A stretch of DNA of 64,000 nt. It comes from Fimbriimonadia bacterium (GTDB lineage Bacteria; Armatimonadota; Fimbriimonadia; Fimbriimonadales; JABRVX01). Position numbers and translations under genes: made by a program. Location of the stretch: NCBI GenBank assembly GCA_041483895.1, contig JBGPGO010000007.1, positions 14,304-78,303 on the forward strand, written 5' to 3'. Positions 1 through 9,878 of the stretch are shown piece by piece (the first letter of the stretch is position 1; every line of letters starts with the position of its first letter). The notes beneath the pieces were generated by a model. The model was not told the origin of the DNA. It did no database searches and worked only from the letters and a program-made list of their open reading frames with translations.

Positions 1-333
1 GTCGGCGGGGTCAGCACCGGTTGGCTGAAGGAGCATTTCGAGGAAGAGTCGGCAGAATCGATCGGGCACGCGCAAAAGGTGCGGGCGATCATCGCGCACC
101 TCGATGGGATCCCCACCGTCACCCCGGACCCGACCCCAATCCCCCACACGTTGGACGCTGTCGAGATGCTGAAGAACGCCCTCAAGACAGAGCGGAAGGC
201 CGCCCAGGCCTACTCCGAGGTCATGCCCCTCATCAAGGAAGACCCCATTGCCACCCACGACATCATGCATATATACATGGACGAGGTTCGCTCGACCGAA
301 GAGGTGGAACAGATTCTGCGGGGATCCATTTAA
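1..333 (+). CDS. ferritin-like/bacterioferritin-family protein, C-terminal part (5' end outside window)
   Basis: Frame 1 is open from base 1 (VGGVSTGWLKEHFEEESAESIGHAQKVRAIIAHLDG...EEVEQILRGSI*). The EExxH and helical pattern resemble ferritin-like four-helix bundles. Assigned by recall only. Confidence 0.5.
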   Translation, partial: VGGVSTGWLKEHFEEESAESIGHAQKVRAIIAHLDGIPTVTPDPTPIPHTLDAVEMLKNALKTERKAAQAYSEVMPLIKEDPIATHDIMHIYMDEVRSTEEVEQILRGSI

Positions 334-334
334 C

Positions 335-1183
335 ATGAGCGAAGATCATAACGAAGTATCGCGGCGGGATGTTTTGGCGCAAGGCCTGGGATCGGCACTT
401 GCGCTCGTCATGAGCCGGTTCGGCATGGCCCAGACCCCGCAAAAGTCAAAGGAGAAGGAGTTGTTCAAGGTCGGCCTGCAAAGCTATTCCTTCCGCACGT
501 ACAATTTTGAGGATGCGGTCCTTCGCTCGCGAGACATCGGCATCCACTATTGGGAGTCTTTTCCGGACCACATTCCGATCACCGGCGAGGCACAGAAAAT
601 TCAAAAGGCGCTCGGGATTCTCAAGGCCGCCGACATCAGCCTCTTGACATTTGGCGTGTTGAGTTTCGATAAAGACACCGCGAAAAATCGCAGCTACTTT
701 GAATTTGCGAAAAAGATGGGGATACAGACTCTGAGCGCCGATCCCGATCCTGAATCGCTCAGCCAGCTATCGGAGTTGGTGCATGAATTTGATATTAATA
801 TCGCCATTCACAATCATGGCCCGCAAGACCGCCACGGCCACATCGCGCAGGTGCAGAAGGCGATGGAGGGGCAGCACAAGCGCATCGGCGCGTGCGTCGA
901 CACCGGCCACTATCTGCGCTCGGGCGAGGACCCGGTGACGGCGATCAAGACATTCGGCCAGCGCGTGTACGGGCTGCATCTTAAGGACTTCCTAAAGGGC
1001 ACCGACATCGAGAAAGTTACCGGCGATGGAGACTTGGACCTGCATGGAGTATTGGTGGCATTGCGGGAGGTCGGGTACACGGGCGTCCTTTCCACCGAAT
1101 ACGAATTGGATGAGTCGGCGCCGGTTCCCGGCGTTCAGCGTTGCCTAGCCAATACTCGTGCAGCCGTCGCGAAGTTGGCCTAG
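335..1183 (+). CDS. sugar phosphate isomerase/epimerase (xylose-isomerase-like TIM barrel) with Tat-type signal
   Basis: The in-frame ATG at 335 lies 1 nt after the upstream stop. The N-terminus SRRDVLAQGLGSALALV is twin-arginine-like. The body (GLQSYSFR, NIAIHNHG, ACVDTGHY, HLKD) is typical of AP-endonuclease-2/xylose-isomerase-like TIM proteins. Confidence 0.75.
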   Translation: MSEDHNEVSRRDVLAQGLGSALALVMSRFGMAQTPQKSKEKELFKVGLQSYSFRTYNFEDAVLRSRDIGIHYWESFPDHIPITGEAQKIQKALGILKAADISLLTFGVLSFDKDTAKNRSYFEFAKKMGIQTLSADPDPESLSQLSELVHEFDINIAIHNHGPQDRHGHIAQVQKAMEGQHKRIGACVDTGHYLRSGEDPVTAIKTFGQRVYGLHLKDFLKGTDIEKVTGDGDLDLHGVLVALREVGYTGVLSTEYELDESAPVPGVQRCLANTRAAVAKLA

Positions 1184-2094
1184 TGCTCCCAGGTCCAGTG
1201 GAACTGCAGCCATCGCACGTCGCCGTTCGTTGAGCCGGCGACGCCGGATTCTATGGCCACCTGTGGCGTGATCTGATACCCGAGTCCAAAGACTGTGCTG
1301 TGGAAATCGCCAAGCTCTCCGGATCGATCGGACCAGCCATAGTATCCGACCCACGGCATCCACTTGCCAAAGCCCTGATAGGCCGTCTTAACAAATCCGA
1401 ATCGGAACGGCGTGTTGCCACGATTGTGCGCCTCGATCGCCTCGCCGGAAACATTCCAATGATGCAGCGAGACCGATGCATCGGCGCCAATCGCCTTATC
1501 GTGACTGCTGTTGAACATCAGCCCGCGGCCGGACGCCCAGGACACGCCGACGTTGACGCCTTTCGCTACGTCCGCACAGATGCGAAGATAGGTGTTGTTT
1601 GTGTACGTATCAAAGTTCTGATTGCTCGATACACTGGCGCTGATCGCTTTGTGATTCCATTGTGCCATCATGCCTGTCTTCGGCTCATACTCCCACTCCT
1701 GCAACCCGAATGGCACCCAATACTTGCCGGCGCGGAAAGCGAATTCGCCGAACGACTTTTCATACCATGCTTCAGCCGGCTGCTCAAATCCTGTGTTCCG
1801 CGCTGTAAAGTTTCTTCCAGCGCCGAGGCTTACCTTTGCTGATTGGCCGCCTGTGCCATTCCATGCCACATACATGTTTGAAGGCAGACTAGTAGATTCG
1901 CCGGCCCACACTCCATCGCGAGTGCGCCGCATCGCGGGCAGGTTTGTGAATCCAAAATACGCGTCCCAGCCGGCGCGGAACGGACTTTCCATTATTGGAA
2001 CGGTCTCGTTAGAAATCTGCGCGGGCACGTTTGCCCTGCCATGCACTTGACCTGTTACTAATACCGCGAACCAGACACCACTGAATGTCCACAT
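1180..2094 (-). CDS. putative outer-membrane beta-barrel (porin-like) protein
   Basis: 304-aa ORF with an N-terminal signal-like segment (MWTFSGVWFAVLVTGQVHG). It is rich in alternating aromatic/Gly residues and has an aromatic C-terminus (LQFHWTWEH). No specific family recognised. Confidence 0.5.
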   Translation of the reverse strand: MWTFSGVWFAVLVTGQVHGRANVPAQISNETVPIMESPFRAGWDAYFGFTNLPAMRRTRDGVWAGESTSLPSNMYVAWNGTGGQSAKVSLGAGRNFTARNTGFEQPAEAWYEKSFGEFAFRAGKYWVPFGLQEWEYEPKTGMMAQWNHKAISASVSSNQNFDTYTNNTYLRICADVAKGVNVGVSWASGRGLMFNSSHDKAIGADASVSLHHWNVSGEAIEAHNRGNTPFRFGFVKTAYQGFGKWMPWVGYYGWSDRSGELGDFHSTVFGLGYQITPQVAIESGVAGSTNGDVRWLQFHWTWEH

Positions 2095-2201
2095 GATGCG
2101 CTACCTCCACCAATCTGTCGCCAGGTAGGTTCCATATTTCCTGGTACAGTATCCCGGATTAGCTACCTGGATTACCGGCATTCGGTCGGTGAATCTGTGG
2201 C

Positions 2202-2230
2202 TTGCCAAATCGCTTTCCGTCCGGTAAACT
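2202..2230 (+). promoter_or_regulatory. candidate sigma70-type promoter of the efflux operon
   Basis: TTGCCA (2202-2207), a 17-nt spacer, then TAAACT (2225-2230), about 55 nt upstream of the MFP start. An imperfect palindrome TAAACTATTTA follows and could be a MarR operator. Confidence 0.3.
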
Positions 2231-2285
2231 CTCCATTCCTTTAGACGTATAAACTATTTAGCTGACTTAACCAAATGGAGCGTCA

Positions 2286-3869
2286 ATGAAACGGTGGCTT
2301 TACGTTGTGGCCGGTGCGGCAATACTGTTCGGCCTGATCGGGTGGCGGGTCGTTTCGAAGAGCCGTGATGCGGCGGAACTCAAGACTTCGCAACAGAAGC
2401 GGCTTCAGGCGCCGGTTCGCGTTGTTTTGGACACGGCCGGTCCGAGGGAGATTACCCAGCATTTAGAGGCGGTAGGCTCCCTCGAATCGCCATACAGCGT
2501 CAAGCTCTCGCCGAAGGTTGCCGGGCGGATCGACTATTTGCAGGTGCGCGAGGGGGATGCCGTGACGCCCGGCATGCAGCTAATCCGTATCGATCCGACC
2601 GCGGTTGAGGCCGAGGTGCTGCAAGCCCAGGCAGCCCTCGCGGAAGCGCGGTCCCGATACACTCAGGCTCTTCTCACGCAGAACCCCAACGATGTTGGAG
2701 TGAAAACCCAGATCCGCCAGCAACAGGCCGCAAATTCAAGCGCGGAGGCGGACTTCAAGCAGGCGAGCGAGAACTACGCCTCACAGGTCGCCGCCGCGGA
2801 TTCCGGCGTTGTTGATGCCGATGCCAAGGTTGCCGGCGCGAAATCGGGGATCAAGAGCGCGGAAGCCGATCTGAATGGCGCTAAGGCAAACCTCGACAAC
2901 GCGAAATCCAAGTTCAATCGAGTCAACGATTTGTATCACAAGGGATATATCGCCGCGCAGGATGTAGACGACGCCCGGACAACCGTCTCTGTTCAGGAGA
3001 GTCAATATGGGTCGAGCCAGAGCCGATTGGCTGTGGCGAAATCCGCGCTTGATTCCGCCGTGGCCCAACAGAAAGCCGCGCAGAACCAGGCCTCGATTGT
3101 AAAGAAGAAGGGCGTGGCCGATATCGAGGCTTCGCGCGCGAAGCTGACACAAGCGGGAGCCTCGCTGGATTTGGCAAAGTCAAACACTGCGCAGACGGCC
3201 GCCTACAAAGCGAATCTCGCCGCGCTCAAATCCGGAGTTGCCGTTGCGGAAGCCCAGCTTGGCCAGGCCATCGCGCACCGAGCCGACACGGTGTTGACGT
3301 CGCCGATCAAGGGCTCGGTGACGGCCCGGGCAGCCGATCCCGGAAGCATCGTTACGGCAGGTCAGCCGATCCTCACCATCCAATATCTCGACTGGCTGTA
3401 CGTGACGGCATCGCTGCCGGTGGAGGACAGCGGCCAGGTGCACATCGGCCAGGATGCGGATGTAATCATCGATGCACTGCCGGGTCAGAAGTTCGAAGGG
3501 ATGATTTCGCAGATCAATCCCTCCGCCGATCCGACAAGCCGGCAGTTCACTCTCCAACTGAAGTTGATGAACCCTGACCACAAGCTGCGGGCTGGAATGT
3601 ATGCCCGAGTGCAGATCGTTACGGAGCGGACTCCGGCTGCCGTGGTGGTTCCCAGGGAAGCGGTAACCGCACAAGATGGCAACTCCGTCGTCCGGGTTGT
3701 GGACGCGCAGAATGTTGTGCACGTTCGGTCCGTGAAGTTGGGGCCGTCGGATGATAAAGGGGTTCAGGTCCTCGAAGGCGTGGAGGCGGGTGACAAGGTG
3801 GTCGTGCTCTCCTATGCGCCGGTTCGCGACGGCCAAACAGTGACCGCAGGCAAGGGAGCCGCGAAATGA
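2286..3869 (+). CDS. efflux RND transporter periplasmic adaptor (HlyD/MFP family) with unusually long coiled-coil
   Basis: N-terminal membrane anchor and lipoyl/beta-barrel motifs (GRIDYLQVREGDAVTPGMQLIRID, SPIKGSVTAR, VVPREAV). About 250 aa of Ala/Gln-rich coiled coil. Overlaps the RND gene by 4 nt. Confidence 0.85.
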   Translation: MKRWLYVVAGAAILFGLIGWRVVSKSRDAAELKTSQQKRLQAPVRVVLDTAGPREITQHLEAVGSLESPYSVKLSPKVAGRIDYLQVREGDAVTPGMQLIRIDPTAVEAEVLQAQAALAEARSRYTQALLTQNPNDVGVKTQIRQQQAANSSAEADFKQASENYASQVAAADSGVVDADAKVAGAKSGIKSAEADLNGAKANLDNAKSKFNRVNDLYHKGYIAAQDVDDARTTVSVQESQYGSSQSRLAVAKSALDSAVAQQKAAQNQASIVKKKGVADIEASRAKLTQAGASLDLAKSNTAQTAAYKANLAALKSGVAVAEAQLGQAIAHRADTVLTSPIKGSVTARAADPGSIVTAGQPILTIQYLDWLYVTASLPVEDSGQVHIGQDADVIIDALPGQKFEGMISQINPSADPTSRQFTLQLKLMNPDHKLRAGMYARVQIVTERTPAAVVVPREAVTAQDGNSVVRVVDAQNVVHVRSVKLGPSDDKGVQVLEGVEAGDKVVVLSYAPVRDGQTVTAGKGAAK

Positions 3870-6800
3870 GTCTCGCACGATTCTCCGTTTCGCGCCCGGT
3901 TGCTGTTACGATGCGCATCGCGGCGCTTGTGCTTCTCGGCGCCATCTGTCTGACCAAACTTCCGATTGACCTCTTGCCCAAGATATCTCTTCCCATTGTC
4001 GCGGTCAACACCGCCTGGCCCAACGTCGCTCCGGAAGAGATGGAGACACAGGTGACGCGCATCATCGAGCAGGCCGTCTCCTCCGCTCCGAACGTTTATC
4101 AGGTCAGCTCCACATCAAGTCTCGGCCAATCGACGGTGCGCGTACAATTCAATTGGGGTACCGACATTGGGCAGGCCGCGGTGGATGTGATGCAGCTTGT
4201 TCAGCGCGCGCGGAATCAGCTTCCCAACGACCCGACGCTTCAGGTGCCATCGGTCTTCAAATACGATCCCTCGCAGCTCCCGATCCTGATCATGGCGGCC
4301 TCCGGGATCGACGATCCGGTGAAGCTGCGAACGATTCTGGTGAACGAGATCGGCCCGATGATCGAGTCCGCGGATGGGGTGGCGGCGGCGACAATCACGG
4401 GCGGCGACCAGCGCAGCATCATCGTCGACGTGGACCCCAAAAAGCTCCAGGCCTATAACCTTTCCCTCGACGATATTTCCCAGCGACTGAGCCAGGAGAA
4501 CATCAACCAGCCGGCGGGGATCGCGAAAGAGGGAAAGACGGAGCTCACGATCCGCGCGATCGGTTATTTTGATTCCCCGCAGGATGCGGCCCGTGTTCCG
4601 GTTGGCAACTTTGCCGGAAAAGTTGTCACCGTTGGCGACATCGCGACGATAAGAGATTCGCATCAAGAGACTCGAATCTTGACGCGATTGAATGGCAAAT
4701 CGGCCGTCGGCGTGATCATCACCAAACAGAGTGATGCCAATACGGTGGCGACCGCCGAGAACGTGCGGCAAAAGATATTGGATATCAATCGGCTCTATCC
4801 CGACATCAAATTCGGGATTGCCTACAACCAGGCCGGGTTCATCTCAAATTCCATTCACGACCTGATGACAACGGCGATGATTGGCGCGACCCTGGCCATC
4901 ATCATTCTTCTGTTTTTCTTGCGCAACGTTCGAAGCACCCTGGTTGTCGCAATGTCAATTCCCGTCTCTATCATTTCCACGTTTGCGTTGCTCTATTTCT
5001 GCGGGTTCACGCTTAATACAATCTCGCTCAGCGGGTTGGCTTTGGCGACCGGACTGATCGTCGATGACGCGGTGGTGGTGCTCGAGAACATTTTTCGGCA
5101 CATCGAGCGGGACAAACGCACTCCGGTGGACGCCGCCGTGTCCGCTTCCAATGAAATCATATCCGCAGTCGTCGCTTCCACACTCACAATCATCGTCGTG
5201 TTCATCCCATTGTTTTTCATCAAGGGGCAGGCCGGGCAGACATTCAGTCAGTTCGCGCTCGTCGTTATCTTCTCCATCTCCATCTCTCTGCTCGATGCCG
5301 CAACTGTCGTGCCCATGCTGGCCTCGCGCCTCATCAAGGACACGCATGTACATGACGACACTGTTCCAAATCCAACACTGATGCAGCGATTTTTCAATTG
5401 GTCGGGAAGTCGATTCAATGCCTTGGACACAGCATACCGCCGAGGTCTGAAATGGGCGATTCACCATCGCAAGGTCATCATCGGATTCGCGGCGGTCACG
5501 ACGCTGGCCTCGCTGTTAATCGTCCCCATGATCGGAAGCGAGATGCTGCCGCAGACCGACAGCGGCGATTTCAACGTTAACATCAAATATCCCGTTGGCA
5601 CAGCTCTAACTGTGACGAATGCGGGTGTGCGACAGGCCGAAAAGATTTTGATGGATGATCCGGATGTGGAAACCGTGTTCTCGGCGGCCGGCACCAACTT
5701 GGGAATTCGCGGCGCCACAAGCGCACAAACATCCTATCAGGGGTCCGCTTCGGTCCGACTTAAAGATAACCGGCGGCGCAAAACGCAGGACGTGATCAAA
5801 GACTTGCAGCGGAAGCTGGCCTCCATCGCCGGCGCCAGGATCATCGTCACGCCATACGACCTCGTCTCTCAGATATTGACGGGAAATGCCACGAACATGG
5901 AAGTGGACGTATTCGGGCAGAATTTGACAGCGCTCACCTCAACGGCGAAAGCCGTGATGGAGCGGCTGAGAACGGTGCCGGGCCTCGAGAGCGTCGACCT
6001 GGGTGTCCAGGACGCCACGCCGGAACTGCAATGGAAAGTAGACCGCCGCAAGGCACAGCTTTTCGGCCTCAACTTCTCCGACATTGCCAACGTGCTGACG
6101 ACAAGCACCAGCGGCAAGCTATCGAGCTACTATCAGGAAAACGGCTTCCAGTACCCGATCTATGTCCAAATGCCGGAGGACGAGCGAAAATCGGTGGATT
6201 CGCTGTTCAATCTGCCGCTGTCGACGAGCTCAGGAAAGCAGGTGCTGTTAGGGCAGGTCGCGCAACCGGTGTATGGCTTGGGACCAAACCAAGTGACGCG
6301 CCAGGATCGCCAGAGGTTTATCTCCGTCACGGGCCGGTTGCAGGATCGGCCGGAGAGCGAAGTGCAGGCGGACATAACAAAGTCGCTGTCCGCCATGAGC
6401 TTTACGCAAGGAACCTATTGGAGTTTTGGGACGCAGCAGAAGCGGCGGGCGGAGGAGTTCTCGGGTCTTGGTCTGGCTGTTTTCCTTGCCATCGCTCTCA
6501 TTTACATGCTGCTGGCATCGCAGTTTGAGTCGTTTGTATATCCGCTGATTGTTTTGACCAGCGTACCCCTCTGTGCTGTTGGTGTCGTGCTGGCCTTGTT
6601 CCTGACAGGCCGCAACTTTGGACTCACAGCATTTATCGGTCTGCTGATGTTGATTGGAATCGTCGTTAAGAATGGCATCCTGCTCGTCGACTACACAAAT
6701 CGGCTTCGGGGTCGTGGCATGCCCAGAGATGAGGCGATCCTGACGGCGGGCCCCACACGACTTCGGCCGATCCTCATGACATCCTGCGCGGCGGTTCTCG

Positions 6801-7060
6801 GCATGTTTCCATTGGCATTGGCCCTCGGTCGCGGATCGGAAACACAGGCGCCGCTTGCCACCGCCGTCATCGGAGGGCTGATCACTTCGACGGTCCTTAC
6901 CCTCTTCGTCGTCCCCGTTGTTTACACGTTGTTTGACGATTTGGCTCGACGGCGACGCAAGGATGACCGCGACTTGGCGCAATCATCGCTTGGACCGGGG
7001 GCCCTAGTGCCGCTTGTCCCGAGCGGAGCCGAGGGAACCGGGGAGGCGCTCGATGAATGA
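3866..7060 (+). CDS. efflux RND transporter permease (AcrB/AcrD/AcrF family)
   Basis: 1064 aa with a 12-TM layout and family motifs (SRFSVSRPVAVTM, GLIVDDAVVVLENI, GIVVKNGILLVDY). Confidence 0.95.
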   Translation: MSLARFSVSRPVAVTMRIAALVLLGAICLTKLPIDLLPKISLPIVAVNTAWPNVAPEEMETQVTRIIEQAVSSAPNVYQVSSTSSLGQSTVRVQFNWGTDIGQAAVDVMQLVQRARNQLPNDPTLQVPSVFKYDPSQLPILIMAASGIDDPVKLRTILVNEIGPMIESADGVAAATITGGDQRSIIVDVDPKKLQAYNLSLDDISQRLSQENINQPAGIAKEGKTELTIRAIGYFDSPQDAARVPVGNFAGKVVTVGDIATIRDSHQETRILTRLNGKSAVGVIITKQSDANTVATAENVRQKILDINRLYPDIKFGIAYNQAGFISNSIHDLMTTAMIGATLAIIILLFFLRNVRSTLVVAMSIPVSIISTFALLYFCGFTLNTISLSGLALATGLIVDDAVVVLENIFRHIERDKRTPVDAAVSASNEIISAVVASTLTIIVVFIPLFFIKGQAGQTFSQFALVVIFSISISLLDAATVVPMLASRLIKDTHVHDDTVPNPTLMQRFFNWSGSRFNALDTAYRRGLKWAIHHRKVIIGFAAVTTLASLLIVPMIGSEMLPQTDSGDFNVNIKYPVGTALTVTNAGVRQAEKILMDDPDVETVFSAAGTNLGIRGATSAQTSYQGSASVRLKDNRRRKTQDVIKDLQRKLASIAGARIIVTPYDLVSQILTGNATNMEVDVFGQNLTALTSTAKAVMERLRTVPGLESVDLGVQDATPELQWKVDRRKAQLFGLNFSDIANVLTTSTSGKLSSYYQENGFQYPIYVQMPEDERKSVDSLFNLPLSTSSGKQVLLGQVAQPVYGLGPNQVTRQDRQRFISVTGRLQDRPESEVQADITKSLSAMSFTQGTYWSFGTQQKRRAEEFSGLGLAVFLAIALIYMLLASQFESFVYPLIVLTSVPLCAVGVVLALFLTGRNFGLTAFIGLLMLIGIVVKNGILLVDYTNRLRGRGMPRDEAILTAGPTRLRPILMTSCAAVLGMFPLALALGRGSETQAPLATAVIGGLITSTVLTLFVVPVVYTLFDDLARRRRKDDRDLAQSSLGPGALVPLVPSGAEGTGEALDE

Positions 7061-7505
7061 TCAAACTCTTCAGCGGGCCGCAAATCTGGAAGATCTTCTT
7101 CCCAAAATCCTGCGGAGTCTTACCGAAATATCGACCGATCCGCTCGCCGACATCTCCCTCTCCCAACTTCGCGTTTTGCGAATCATATCCGAATGCGGCG
7201 GTACGCCAACCGCGATAAGCCAGGACCTTGGACTGACGGTCAGCGCCGTGACGCAAATCGCGAATCGATTGGAGCGGCGAGGCCTGATCGCACGATCGGA
7301 CGATCCGGTTGATCGCCGCATCAAGCATTTGGCTCTGTCGGACAGTGGACGGGAGCTGATGAAGCGACGTCGAGAAATGCGGACGCGGCGGGCGGCGGCT
7401 ATCCTTTGCCGACTGCCGGAGGGCCGTCAAGACGAACTTTTACGGTCCCTGAACGAACTGTTATGGGCATCGAACGCCGACACGGAAGTTGAGGAAGGCT
7501 CTTGA
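7053..7505 (+). CDS. MarR-family transcriptional regulator
   Basis: Winged-helix pattern (LSQLRVLRIISECGGTPTAISQDLGLTVSAVTQIANRLERRGLIARSDDPVDRR). The ATG at 7053 overlaps the RND stop (ATGAATGA). Confidence 0.85.
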   Translation: MNDQTLQRAANLEDLLPKILRSLTEISTDPLADISLSQLRVLRIISECGGTPTAISQDLGLTVSAVTQIANRLERRGLIARSDDPVDRRIKHLALSDSGRELMKRRREMRTRRAAAILCRLPEGRQDELLRSLNELLWASNADTEVEEGS

Positions 7506-8848
7506 ATCCATTGATCTTTTTGGCGGCGATTTCGGCATGCCTGCAGACGCAAACACCGCCGATAAAACCAAACCTGCAAGAGGTGCCGATTCCCCCTGCC
7601 ATCACCTTGGAAGGGCCGGAAAAGGTCGAGATTTCGAATGCTCCGATCACCGCGGATGAGGCGGCGCGCATCGCTGTCGCCAAGAGTCCCGTGGTGGAGG
7701 GCGTGCGGCAGGACGCCAACGCGGCGGCAGGCAGGACCCGCCAGAGCCGCGCCGGCCTGAACCCTTCCATGTCACTTTCTTCGGCTGCAACGCAGTTGAA
7801 GGCGATCGACGAATCCGCAACGACAAGCGGCAATCGAGTGGGAAGTCTGACGCAGGGTATCCAATCCAGCTTGACGGTCCGGCTGCTCGTTCTCGATTTC
7901 AATCATGCGCGTGACCTGATGAGGCAAGCGACGTCGTTTGAAGACTCCGCAATCCGAAATATTACGAGAGCGGAATCCGACACGGCCCTGCTTGCGAAGC
8001 TGGCATTTTACACCTTTGCGCAGAACACACAGCTCGTCTTGGTTAATGAGGCAAACGTAAAGAGCCGTCAAGCGCAGGTCGATCTCGCGCAAGCACGGTT
8101 GGACTCTGGACTTGGCGCGCCCGCCGATCTCGTCCAAGCGAACACGAACCTGGCCGATGCGGTGCAGTCGTTGAACATCGCGCGAAATGCCGCACTGACC
8201 TCGCGCATTTCACTGGCGCAAACGATGGGCATCGACCCGCGAACGCCCATCAATCTAGCGGACACGCACGAAGCGCAGGCCGCAGAGCAGCCGCTAAGCA
8301 AACTCGTGGAGACAGCGCTCTCCCAAAGGCCGGAAATCCATCAGGCGGACGACCTGATCGCCGCCGCAAAATATGGAATCGGCATCGCGCGGACGACGGA
8401 CAGACCGAGTCTATCGCTCAGCGCCGGTCTGTCCGCTCGCGGCGAGGAAGACCCATTTCGCGGCGCGACCGGCCTGGCAACGTTGACCCTATCCTGGCCG
8501 ATCTCCGATGGCGGTCTGACAACAGGCAGAGTGCAGGAGGCGAAGGCCAACTTGCGAATCGCGCAGGCAGCCCGGCGCCAGACGGAACTTACCGTTATCC
8601 AAGACGTATCGGCGTCGCTGGTGCAGCTCCAATCTGCCCAGCAGCGCGTCGGCATCGCCCAAGCGGAAGTGAAAAATGCCGAAGAGAGCGTGCGACTGTC
8701 CGAGGGAAGATATCAGGCAGGTCTCGTGACATTTATCGAGGTGACCGCCGCGCAGGCCGCGCTTGTGGTGGCGCAGACCAACGCAACGAACGCGGTTTTC
8801 GCAGTGGATCAGGCGCGCGCCACACTGCGGAGGGCAGTAGCAGATTAG
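7502..8848 (+). CDS. TolC-family outer-membrane efflux protein
   Basis: 448 aa with a two-fold repeated coiled-coil/beta architecture and typical TolC-like segments. The TTG start overlaps the MarR stop (TTGA). Confidence 0.85.
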   Translation: MNPLIFLAAISACLQTQTPPIKPNLQEVPIPPAITLEGPEKVEISNAPITADEAARIAVAKSPVVEGVRQDANAAAGRTRQSRAGLNPSMSLSSAATQLKAIDESATTSGNRVGSLTQGIQSSLTVRLLVLDFNHARDLMRQATSFEDSAIRNITRAESDTALLAKLAFYTFAQNTQLVLVNEANVKSRQAQVDLAQARLDSGLGAPADLVQANTNLADAVQSLNIARNAALTSRISLAQTMGIDPRTPINLADTHEAQAAEQPLSKLVETALSQRPEIHQADDLIAAAKYGIGIARTTDRPSLSLSAGLSARGEEDPFRGATGLATLTLSWPISDGGLTTGRVQEAKANLRIAQAARRQTELTVIQDVSASLVQLQSAQQRVGIAQAEVKNAEESVRLSEGRYQAGLVTFIEVTAAQAALVVAQTNATNAVFAVDQARATLRRAVAD

Positions 8849-9540
8849 CTCTCCGTCGGCATATGCATGTACATCGACTGTAACGCGATGCGTCCGGGAC
8901 CGGAAAATCTGTTCCAGAATATCTGTCCGGCGCTTGCAAACAGTCCGCTGGAAAACTTCTGGAAGATCGTCTCCATGGACACGGAGCGATCCTTATAGAC
9001 CCATCCGCCCGGCTCGATATCGATCTGCTCGCCCGGTTGCAAATTCACTTCGAACACATTGCCGTACCCATGCAGCCACAGAATCCCTTCACGGTCGGGA
9101 CAGTAAAAGGTGTCGATGAAAAAGCCCGTGCCGCTGAACAGAAGGTTGGCAACGCCCTTCACCCGCTGAAAGGTGTATTCAATGTTATCCGTTGCGGCAA
9201 GAAACTGGTGCTCGCGAACATCCACGCCCTGACCCTGGTTGAGGTGAAGCGCGAAAACATGGCCAACGCCGTCGCGGCTGAATGCGATGCGGCCGGGACC
9301 GCTCGCGACCGTCATGAAGACCGGCATGCCGGAAAGAATCCGCTTGATAGCGCCCTTCAGCGGCTTCAAACCGATGTCTACCCGCGGGTCTTTCCACAAG
9401 AGGATGTGGTGCTCGAAGAAAACCGGCATCGCGGACAGCTCAACATGGAGAGCGGGTACAAGCTCTCCTTCGATGTGATAGGTTACGCCGGCAAACGTTT
9501 CGTCACGGGCGGCGGTCGGGAGCAGGGTTGGAACGGGCAC
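8845..9540 (-). CDS. AIM24/TIGR00266-family protein
   Basis: 231 aa. The pattern (GELVPALHVEL, GMPVFMTVASGPGRIAFSRDGVGHV, GTGFFIDTF, LHGYGNVFEVNLQPGEQIDIEPGGWV) matches the DUF124/AIM24 family. Confidence 0.8.
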   Translation of the reverse strand: MPVPTLLPTAARDETFAGVTYHIEGELVPALHVELSAMPVFFEHHILLWKDPRVDIGLKPLKGAIKRILSGMPVFMTVASGPGRIAFSRDGVGHVFALHLNQGQGVDVREHQFLAATDNIEYTFQRVKGVANLLFSGTGFFIDTFYCPDREGILWLHGYGNVFEVNLQPGEQIDIEPGGWVYKDRSVSMETIFQKFSSGLFASAGQIFWNRFSGPGRIALQSMYMHMPTES

Positions 9541-9640
9541 TTTCTTGTTACCTCCAATGAGTTACAACCCTTATTCGCCGTGCCCAGAGCCTACCCTTTA
9601 TCACGTGTAGTTATTCGGACCTTTTCATCAGGCCATTTCA

Positions 9641-9858
9641 TTGAAGATCGCATTGTCAAACGCCGCGCTGTGTTGGGGTCCTCGTCCACAGATACCCTTG
9701 GCCCGACGACACCAAAGACCCCAACACAAGCACTCTCTATTGATGATCGCATCGTCAGCCCGCGCGCTGTGTTGGGGTCCTCGTCCACAGATACCCTTGG
9801 CCAGGCGATAACAAAGACCCCAACACTTTGCCCATTGACGACGGCGTCGTCAACAACG
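9641..9858. repeat. 2.2 tandem copies of a ~99-bp unit, each containing an 11-bp inverted repeat
   Basis: Units at 9641-9727 and 9740-9826 are near-identical, and a partial third copy starts at 9835. Each full unit carries GTGTTGGGGTC (9670-9680; 9769-9779) and GACCCCAACAC (9717-9727; 9816-9826) separated by 36 nt. The array lies between divergent genes. Confidence 0.85.
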
Positions 9859-9878
9859 TAAACTCGGCCTGGTGATCT

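Noticed and set aside
9641-9858. Possible CRISPR array.
   Set aside because: The whole 99-bp unit is repeated, so there is no alternation of short conserved repeats with unique spacers. Only about 2 copies are present and no cas genes lie nearby.
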